Below are positions 16,031-23,800 of a DNA stretch of 34,521 nucleotides, piece after piece. The stretch covers positions 1 through 34,521 of the IMG/VR virus record IMGVR_UViG_3300020045_008981; one strand, given 5' to 3'. Position 1 is the stretch's first letter, and the number at the start of each line of letters is the position of its first letter. This stretch comes from a virus. Taxonomy: Duplodnaviria > Caudoviricetes. The notes below the pieces were generated by a model that had not been told where the DNA came from, searched no databases, and was given only the letters and a program-made list of their open reading frames with translations. Position numbers and translations under genes: made by a program.

Positions 16031-16079
16031 CAAATGTATAAATTATTTCAATATGATTTACAAAACCTGTTGTAAAACA
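16031..16079 (-). promoter_or_regulatory. Promoter with adjacent operator
   Basis: TACATTTG (16031-16038), TTTG (16061-16064), TGTTGTAAAACA (16068-16079). Confidence 0.55.
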
Positions 16080-16080
16080 T

Positions 16081-16123
16081 AAAAAAAGAGAGGCGCAGTA
16101 AAACGAAAAAAACTGCACCCCTC
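16081..16123 (-). terminator. Intrinsic terminator ending the late/lysis operon
   Basis: GAGGGGUGCAGU, 12-nt loop, ACUGCGCCUCUC (two G-U) followed by U7. Confidence 0.8.
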
Positions 16124-16250
16124 AGAAACGAAACGAAAAGAAAACAAGGTTCAAATGTCTTACCCGGCAGCCTTGTCCGGGTACGTCTGGTTTAGGGTTT
16201 GTTTATTCTCGGAGGCCAGCTTCCCCTTAACTCCAAAAAGGCTTATTTTT

Positions 16251-16457
16251 TTACGGTTTTAATTCATTGCCCGTTTTGGTTGTCCCGTCTGCTTTTTTCC
16301 CGGTAAAATAACCGATTACCGCTACTGTAACGGCGACTAATAACTGATACCAATTAATGTCATCCCCGGTGTTCGCCTGAAAAAAGGCATTTACTGCACC
16401 TCCCACAACCATCAGGACGGCGAAAATGGTTGTTAACCAATCTTTAATGTTGTTCAT
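16251..16457 (-). CDS. Holin-like two-TM protein
   Basis: KDWLTTIFAVLMVVGG...INWYQLLVAVTVAVIGYFTGK; in the lysis cassette. Confidence 0.65.
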   Translation of the reverse strand: MNNIKDWLTTIFAVLMVVGGAVNAFFQANTGDDINWYQLLVAVTVAVIGYFTGKKADGTTKTGNELKP

Positions 16458-16746
16458 TTTTTTGTTTTTTAAGTTGTTTTTTAATTTTTCTATTTTTGAA
16501 CCAGTCGATTAAGTTGTCGGCTGGCTTTGTTTCCTCCGTCAAAGGTAATGAAATTTCCGGTTTTACGTCTGCTGTGTTTCCGTTACCGGTTTGTTTAATT
16601 TTTCGGATGGCCTGTTCGAGTGATTCAATATAGGTATCCGCTGTAATTTCAGGCTTTGAGTTTTTGAGCAGGTAGATACAGGCAAGAATGGCCACAGTTG
16701 CGACCCCGGAAAGAAATCCTATTAAAACGGTTGTAAATTTATTCAT
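16444..16746 (-). CDS. Membrane-anchored lysis-region protein (possible spanin component)
   Basis: N-terminal hydrophobic helix ending ILAC; basic C-terminus; downstream of the endolysin. Confidence 0.5.
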   Translation of the reverse strand: MNKFTTVLIGFLSGVATVAILACIYLLKNSKPEITADTYIESLEQAIRKIKQTGNGNTADVKPEISLPLTEETKPADNLIDWFKNRKIKKQLKKQKNEQH

Positions 16747-16982
16747 TGATTTCCTATTTTAATACTATCTATTGTAGCTTCAAATTCTTTCTTCGCTTTT
16801 AAATAAAACTCCCGTGCCAAAACCCCATCAGAAAAATACTTGTATAGGGTATCTCTTTCAATTCTACAATGATTTACAGAGCAATTTGTCATTGAGATTC
16901 TTCCAAATTCATCTTTTTTATCTGCGTCCGGGCATGGTATTTGAACCATTGTGATTAATATCCAGGAAACAATGTATTTCAT
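16743..16982 (-). CDS. Small Cys-containing hypothetical protein
   Basis: PCPD...DEFGR...CSVNHC; DTL and DSI sequons; ATGA overlaps. Confidence 0.6.
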   Translation of the reverse strand: MKYIVSWILITMVQIPCPDADKKDEFGRISMTNCSVNHCRIERDTLYKYFSDGVLAREFYLKAKKEFEATIDSIKIGNQ

Positions 16983-17434
16983 TTGTCTAATATTTTAGGA
17001 TGCACAAAAATAGCGCGTGAATAGCTTCTAACACGTTTCATTACTGAACCGCCATTGCTTTGGTTTTGGAATGATGTATTTCCCTCGATTGTGTCAAAGT
17101 AGATTTCGTCAACCTTTCCAACAAAGATACCTGTATGTTCATATTTTCCATCTCCATGCCAGTCAAAAAAAACAATGTCGCCGGGTTCTGGTGATTTTGT
17201 TATTTCTACTGTTTTTTTAAAATGTTCGATTGCAGTCATACACCCTGCAAATCCTTTTTTAAATCCGATGTTTCCAAGCGGATAGCCCGCCTTATCATAA
17301 CACCAACTGACAAAAATGCCGCACCATGCGCACCCATCAATTCCAAACCATTTTCCATATTTCGTTTTGTTTGAATTTGGTGGATTTTCGCTATATCCCA
17401 CTTCTTTCAATGCGATTTCAATTATTTTGTTCAT
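16979..17434 (-). CDS. CHAP-domain endolysin
   Basis: EVGYSENPPNSNKTKYGKWFG...AWCGIFVSWC...PGDIVFFDW...HTGIF...TIEGNTS (Cys/His catalytic pair). Confidence 0.9.
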   Translation of the reverse strand: MNKIIEIALKEVGYSENPPNSNKTKYGKWFGIDGCAWCGIFVSWCYDKAGYPLGNIGFKKGFAGCMTAIEHFKKTVEITKSPEPGDIVFFDWHGDGKYEHTGIFVGKVDEIYFDTIEGNTSFQNQSNGGSVMKRVRSYSRAIFVHPKILDK

Positions 17435-17531
17435 CTCTTTCGGCTTTTAATTCTTCATCGAGTTGGCTGCAAAACTCTTCAAAGTTAATCTTTTTCATGA
17501 TTTCTTCAACTGTTTCATCCTGCGTTTTCAT
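17418..17531 (-). CDS. Small acidic protein (37 aa)
   Basis: Hand-translated MKTQDETVEEIMKKINFEEFCSQLDEELKAERDEQNN; ATGA overlap upstream, overlaps the endolysin start. Confidence 0.45.
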   Translation of the reverse strand: MKTQDETVEEIMKKINFEEFCSQLDEELKAERDEQNN

Positions 17532-17866
17532 TCTGCGCTTCCTCCCCTGTCTCTAAGTTTGAACGAATTTTCTACTCTTTTGAGAAATAGTTCAGCTTCC
17601 TTACTTGGGTCGGCTCCGTTTCTTACCGCATCAAAAGCTCGATTTCTTTCGGCCTCGATGAAAAGTATTTGATTCCGAGTAATGTAAAACTGAAAAAGAT
17701 AGTCCTTTGTGATCTGTTCCTTTTTCATTTCTTCCTGCACCTCCCTTACAACCGCCTGAGACGTTCTGACATTCCAAAGTAGCATACAAGCGAAAAATAC
17801 ACCTACTGTTACAATCAGGTCGTAAAGTGTTGGCGGCTTAAAGCAAACGTAGTCATTTAATTTCAT
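17528..17866 (-). CDS. Single-TM lysis-region protein
   Basis: LIVTVGVFFACMLLW helix followed by a charged domain. Confidence 0.6.
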   Translation of the reverse strand: MKLNDYVCFKPPTLYDLIVTVGVFFACMLLWNVRTSQAVVREVQEEMKKEQITKDYLFQFYITRNQILFIEAERNRAFDAVRNGADPSKEAELFLKRVENSFKLRDRGGSAE

Positions 17867-18150
17867 CTTTTGATCTTGTTATTTAGTTCCTGAATGGCGG
17901 TTAACCATTCTCTTTTTATGCTATTTACTTCGTCTTTAATCTCTTTGTCGGTCTGGTTTAATACTTCAACGCTCCTAAAAATAGTTTTTTGGTTAGTGTC
18001 AAGTCTCATTTGTTCTACGGCCTGCGTTTGTTGTGCCTGCTTAATGTCCCTAATGTCCATTGACATATATCCCGCAAAGAACGTGACTAACGTTATTCCG
18101 AAAGTGTTAACATATTTCAGGTAGTCAACACGGTTGTCTTTTTCGGTCAT
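17863..18150 (-). CDS. Single-TM coiled-coil protein (holin/antiholin-like)
   Basis: FGITLVTFFAGYM helix then coiled coil; head of the lysis cassette. Confidence 0.6.
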   Translation of the reverse strand: MTEKDNRVDYLKYVNTFGITLVTFFAGYMSMDIRDIKQAQQTQAVEQMRLDTNQKTIFRSVEVLNQTDKEIKDEVNSIKREWLTAIQELNNKIKR

Positions 18151-18182
18151 ATTGCATTTATTTTGATGTTAATATTTTCAAA

Positions 18183-18488
18183 TTAGACAGTCGGCTCCGG
18201 TGTGCTATTTGCTACCCTGAACTGTTCTGCCTCTGCCACGGCTTCCAACCTTGAGGCCTCTACCTCTGCCCGCTTTGCCTTGCGAATAAGCGTTAATACG
18301 GCTGCCGTGTTATCGGTAAGGTATTTCAATATTACAGCTACGTCTGAGGCGTTCATTCCGTTAACGATAATCTGATTTGCCTTTCCACCCATAGTACCGT
18401 GATCGACCTGAGAAAAACTAATTTGTGTGCAGAGCTTCAGCGATTCCAGTTCTGCTTTTTTTTGTAGAAAAATGTCCTGTTTTTGCAT
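18183..18488 (-). CDS. Hypothetical protein
   Basis: 101-aa ORF between fibre genes and lysis genes. Confidence 0.65.
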   Translation of the reverse strand: MQKQDIFLQKKAELESLKLCTQISFSQVDHGTMGGKANQIIVNGMNASDVAVILKYLTDNTAAVLTLIRKAKRAEVEASRLEAVAEAEQFRVANSTPEPTV

Positions 18489-18499
18489 GATATTGATTT

Positions 18500-19846
18500 T
18501 TAGAAATTTGTGTCGTAAATTAGTTTGATTTCATCGGCTGAAAGTATGCGGTTCCAAATATTTCCATTGCATATTCTTCCGTTAAAAAATAATTGTGTAC
18601 CATTATTGACAACTCCAATGTATAAATTTCCAGCACTTGTATTTGTACTTGCAATAGAAGTGGTACTATCATATGCGCCATTTATGTAATATTTAACAAC
18701 ACCAGCAGAAAATATTACAACAACATTACTCCACGCATTTGCGGCTATCGCTGTTATTGATTTACCTGCGTCATTGTTCCAGTTGTTAAAATAAATCTTA
18801 GCATTAGTATCTATACCTATATTTGATGCGCCATAACCGCTTGCCTGGCCATATCCTAAAATATAAGATAGACTAAATGATTGAGGGTTAATCCAAACGC
18901 TCATTGTCCTATCAGTAGACCCAAGTGCTGTTGTGGGAACTCCATTTAATACTATTTTGCTCGTTGTTCCGTTAAAATACGTCCCATTCAAATTACTGGC
19001 TGGCGGTATAACCAGCGTAGTTCCTGAATTTGTCGCTGTTAGGGAATTGGTGCGGTCTACCCATGTAGCACTTGCCATACCCTCTGCATTGAGGTCTAAA
19101 ACATTTTTTGTTGCTCCTGTTCCTCTATGTGTTGCTTCGATAGGATATTCAGGCTTACTGTAATTGGCTATCTGAGTAGTCAATGCAAAATTAAAAGCCC
19201 TAACAAAATGGATTTGTCCAGAAAAACCTTGATTGTGCGCCTCGATATTTCCTACCACAAAATCCCCGGTATTGTTCAGCGTCCCGGATGCTGAGGAAAT
19301 AGCCAAAGTCCCGGATGATGAAGCCGAATTGTTGACATACAAAACAGCATTCCCAGCCCGGCTAAACACAACTTCACACGTGATTTTCACCCCAGCGGCT
19401 AAAATATCCGTCCCAATTATCCCGGACACATCGACAGAATTATCGTCAAATCGGACATATAGATCGTTATCTTCCTGATACAACCCATAACCTATCCCGC
19501 CTGCCTCTTTGCTGATAATATACTTTCCGTTGTCTGTAACATTGTCAGGGGTAAAAGATGCGATCAAAGTAAAATCACCAGTCCCAAAATCGTACCTGTC
19601 AGCGTCTGCAAGTGATGAATAAGACGTGTTTGTATTTTGTAGCCATCTCCGACCCTCTCCTCCTCTTCCTAAAACGTTGTACGTGTCAGTGGATACCCCA
19701 GTCGTTCCACTTATTAAATCAGTTGTCGGGTAATTTTCGCTCAAAGGTGCGTGAAAAATCAACCCTTTTTGCAAAACGCTTAACTGATTTTGTCCAAATC
19801 CCGCAAAGGATAAAAGCAGGAATAAAATGATTAATTTGTTTTTCAT
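18500..19846 (-). CDS. Tandem LamG/concanavalin-A-like domain protein with signal peptide
   Basis: Likely start MKNKLIILFLLLSFAGFG|Q. Two LamG patterns: FGTGDFTL...FSGQIHFVRAFNFALT and YFNGTTS...TMSVWINP...WSNVVV...YYING...FFNGRI...IWNRILSADEIKLIY. Confidence 0.8.
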   Translation of the reverse strand: MKNKLIILFLLLSFAGFGQNQLSVLQKGLIFHAPLSENYPTTDLISGTTGVSTDTYNVLGRGGEGRRWLQNTNTSYSSLADADRYDFGTGDFTLIASFTPDNVTDNGKYIISKEAGGIGYGLYQEDNDLYVRFDDNSVDVSGIIGTDILAAGVKITCEVVFSRAGNAVLYVNNSASSSGTLAISSASGTLNNTGDFVVGNIEAHNQGFSGQIHFVRAFNFALTTQIANYSKPEYPIEATHRGTGATKNVLDLNAEGMASATWVDRTNSLTATNSGTTLVIPPASNLNGTYFNGTTSKIVLNGVPTTALGSTDRTMSVWINPQSFSLSYILGYGQASGYGASNIGIDTNAKIYFNNWNNDAGKSITAIAANAWSNVVVIFSAGVVKYYINGAYDSTTSIASTNTSAGNLYIGVVNNGTQLFFNGRICNGNIWNRILSADEIKLIYDTNF

Positions 19847-19876
19847 ATCTTTATAAATTAACGTTAACATAATTAA

Positions 19877-20881
19877 TTATTGTCCAGCAGCATCCATCCA
19901 TCCCGTTGTATTATAATATCCTGTTCCACATGGATTTATTCCATATCCCCTAAAATAGTAAGTTCCTCCCGGAGTTAATCCTGTAATTGTTACCGTATAT
20001 GAAGAATTTGGATAAACTGGCTTAGTTGCCGTAACCTTGGCGTCTGCTGTTGTTGGCGAACCCGTAGTATTATAACAAACGCCTACCTCAGTTGCAGATT
20101 CAGAATAAAAATAAGTTATTTCAATTATTGCCGTTCCACTTGCCCACGGCTTATTTTTCGGACCTATTCCATTTATTTGAGGTGGTGCATTACATGGGGT
20201 GGTAAATGTTATTTCATTTCCGTATGAAGTTCCTGCTCCATTTGTTGCATATGCTTTAGCGTAATATTTATAATCTCCACTAATCTGGTTTGTTATAGTT
20301 GCAGAAAATACCCCAGTTCCTGAACCCATTGTTTTGGTAAAATTAGCAATTGTTGGATTTGTTGAATATGAATAACAAACACCTCTGACCGATACGGTTC
20401 CACCGCCATCATTTGTAACATTACCTCCTCCTGTTACTGAGGTTGATAAAATATCTGTTGCTTCTGCTGTTGTTACTGTCGCAAGCCCTTGAGGTGTGAA
20501 TGTAACATTATCTCCGTAAGCCGTTGTAATTTCGTTTGTAGCATAAGCCCTGACATAATAAGGAGTTCCGGCAGTCACCCCGGTGATTGAACTTGTAAAC
20601 GACCCTGTTCCTGAACCATCGGTTGTTTTGCTATCTGAAATCGTCGGGTTTGTTGTTGTTGACCAGCATACTCCTCTCGCAGAAATAGAGGCCGCTGATC
20701 CATTATACAATAATCCTGCATTTGTGATGTTCCCGCCTCCGGTTGCTGATGTTTCGGCTATATTGGTGATTGAAGATGTTGTGACTGTCGCACCACGTCC
20801 AGACGAATGCGACCAGAAAAAACCTTGCCCGCAACTGTTTAGCCCTAAAATCAATAGAAAAAATAAAATTGTTGTTTTCAT
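19877..20881 (-). CDS. Triple FN3/Ig-like repeat protein with signal peptide
   Basis: Likely start MKTTILFFLLILGLNSCG|Q at 20881 (TAATG overlap with the fibre stop). Three repeats of TVTT...GGN...RGVC(W/Y)STTTNPT...ITG...YY.RAYATN..G..YG. Confidence 0.8.
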   Translation of the reverse strand: MKTTILFFLLILGLNSCGQGFFWSHSSGRGATVTTSSITNIAETSATGGGNITNAGLLYNGSAASISARGVCWSTTTNPTISDSKTTDGSGTGSFTSSITGVTAGTPYYVRAYATNEITTAYGDNVTFTPQGLATVTTAEATDILSTSVTGGGNVTNDGGGTVSVRGVCYSYSTNPTIANFTKTMGSGTGVFSATITNQISGDYKYYAKAYATNGAGTSYGNEITFTTPCNAPPQINGIGPKNKPWASGTAIIEITYFYSESATEVGVCYNTTGSPTTADAKVTATKPVYPNSSYTVTITGLTPGGTYYFRGYGINPCGTGYYNTTGWMDAAGQ

Positions 20882-23800
20882 TATTGGTAATTTAATGTTC
20901 CGTTCCAGTTTAATGTCGTTCCATCGTACCACCAGCTGTAAATATCTTTTTTGCTGCCTGACCCAGAACTTAAAAGTTGATCTGGAAATCCGACAACTGA
21001 TATAGCAGGTGAAACATCATTTGTATATCCAGAGATAGTGATAGTGTAAGAAGATGAAGCGTGTGTAACTACTTTTATGTTTCCGTTTGCCCCCGCTACT
21101 AAATTTGATAGTGTTATCGTTGTATTACCTGAGAGTGTCAATTTTGCATTAACTCCATTGGTAACATTCCAGTTTACCGTAGTCCCAGAAAGTGGCTGTA
21201 CTGTCAAATTTGGCGTATTGGTTGCAGCTAAAACACCTGTTGACGGATTGAAAGTCAACTTATCTGTTTTTACAATTGTCGAATCCAAATTACCTGTTGA
21301 CGTATTTGTGAACAATGGATAATAGACTTTGTTCCCGGTAGATGTTTTCACCGAAATAGCAGACAGATAACTCCCTTTAGGTTGATACATACTTGCCGCC
21401 GTTGTTTTTTGCAGAACGGTTGTAGTGTCAAGGTAAGTAATTGTAATTACGCTATCCATATTCGCGGACCCATCAATGTACCGTCCGAATAACCTTCTTT
21501 TTGTTAGCCATTTTGAAGCAGTCCCGGCATTACCTGTTGATAGTGCGGTATTTTCTACATTATTAAGCGATAGGTCTATTTTGACTTCTGAATACGTCCG
21601 CGGAACTAAATTCCCGGTTCCGTTGCCTTTGAGGTACGAATTTGCCGTAATGGTAGATAGTCCCGTTCCCCCTTGCGCTACTGTTACGGCTGCATTATCT
21701 GTTAGTATTGTCGAAGAGGCGTTAGGTAGTGTGTATGTTTTTTCAGAAGTTGTTGCCCCTAAAAACTTTGTGAAGCCGCTCCCTGTTCCCCCGTATGTAC
21801 TTCCAATAATTCCAATGTCACCAGACCCCGGCAACGCAATACCGCCAACGGTTTTTAAGTTAACCCCTGAAACAAGTTTCACCTGATATTCATGCGAGGC
21901 TCTATCTCTGCTCAAAATAGCAGTGCTCGCCGTATCGACTGCCAACGAACCGGATGCGCTTAATCCAAGCCCAACTGTTTGACTTATCCAATCTGTACCG
22001 TTTGACCTTAGTATGTTGTTTGCCGCTGTAGCTACTGGCCACAACTCAGTAGATGCTTCCCAATTAGTACCGTCTGAAACAATTATTTTTCTTGCGGTTG
22101 CCGAAACATTTGGGAAGTGAGGTGTAGATAATACGATATTTGTACCATCTCCGAAAAGAACGTGTCCCGCCCCGGCCGAATTTGGATAGGTTGGTGTAGT
22201 CCAATAAGGCGCAGACGCTCCGTTACTTTGCATTATCTGGCCCGCACTTCCGGCTGGTAGTTGCCCCATCTCATTGGTTGCCGAAGCATACAGGATGCGA
22301 TTGGCAACAAGTGAAAAAAGGTATTTTGTATCTGACCATTTCGATTTTCCCCGTGAATCTTCACTCATCATTATTTTATTCGCAGCCGCCCCGGTTGAGA
22401 CTTCCAACAAAGGAACAGTTAATTTTACCGAATCTACCTGAGAAGTAGAACTATTCCACTTTCCAGCTAACTTTAGTCCAGTAATGTTGTTGATCATCAT
22501 TTTATAGCCGTGTTCCTCTCCGTTCGTGGCATAGGTGTCGACTGGTAGATTTGCAATTGAATTGATACCCGAGTTTCGTACAAAAAACAGCTCTTTGATC
22601 CCTAATGTGTAAGCCGGGGTAAGGATGTTATCCTGTGACAACTTCCATAGATTTGAGATATTCCCGGCGTAATTATAGCCTAATACCCATGTATTATTTG
22701 GAAGAGTGTAGCCCAATGATGCCTTGTAATTTGTATAGTAGCCAGACAGTGCAGTACTGTCGTTATGGTTCATCTTTAGACTATTTTGATAGAGGGTAGT
22801 AAATCCGGTCTTTGCGTTTGTGCTATCGTTCTTCAATTTATAAGACAATAGGTCAAACTGTGACGCATAGCCCGAATTAGCTGTACTGTCAGAAGATAAT
22901 TTGAAATAACTATCAGCGTGAAAAGCAGAAGCCCCAAGCCCGTGCGCTGTTGTTGTTAGCCCGGTATGATCCGAAACGTTCTTTTTTGTTGCTATGTAAT
23001 TTACCGTGTCGGCTACTATCTGATTACTTGCATTTAATTTCATCGTAACACTATCAATTTTTGATCCACCTGTAACCGTTTTTGTCATATACTGCAAATT
23101 GTAGGTATTTGAACCGCCTGCGTTTTGCCAAATTGAACCGTTATAATGCGCTTCGTCTCCTACTGCAAACGTTATATTACCTGCACCAAAATTAACCGTC
23201 CCCGCCGTCAAACAACGATACCAATAGCCCGCCGTTCCTGTTCCGTTTGCCAGTGTTGGGGTGTTTGTTGCTGCATTCCAAGTGCCCTGCCAACCCGTAT
23301 TCATCGGGACGGCCTTAATGGTTCCAAGTGCGTCAACCATTTGAAGATAATATCCATTATGCGGCTTATCTGTTAGCCTCAATTTCGGGATTAAGATAGT
23401 TGTATCTGACAGACCGCCGCTTCCGTTAGCTACGCCCCGCATTTTTAACATCGAAACATTACCAATCCTGAAATTATACTGTAACGTGTCCCCGCTCGCA
23501 GATCGAATATTGGGCATATCTGCAATATTGACTTTCCCGGCGTCCGGAACCATGTACAAGGATTGAACACCTAAGGTAAAGGCTGGTGTTAAAATATTAT
23601 CTTTCGATAGCATCCAGAAATTTGACAGGTTGCCAGCATAGTCATAGACTTTTGACCACTCGTTATTATTGAGCGTATAACTTGTGGGGAGTGTTTGCCA
23701 ACTCTTGTCACCCCGCCAATATTGCAAGTTTGTTCCTGCTGCTATTTTAGGCTCGTAGGTATTAACAGCCCTTTGACGGCTCAAAATTGAAGCAGACGAA

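Noticed and set aside
15383-16250. tRNA gene or attP site in the large intergenic region
   Set aside because: No cloverleaf or T-loop consensus recognised, and no integrase nearby.
19281-19321. Short direct repeat GTCCCGGATG(C/A)TGA in the LamG gene
   Set aside because: Two copies encoding similar SxSGT peptides; likely a local coding duplication with no further signal.
18500-21100. Type IX secretion C-terminal sorting domains on the exported proteins
   Set aside because: None of the C-termini shows the YPNP...G.Y...K..K pattern, so export beyond the periplasm is not supported.
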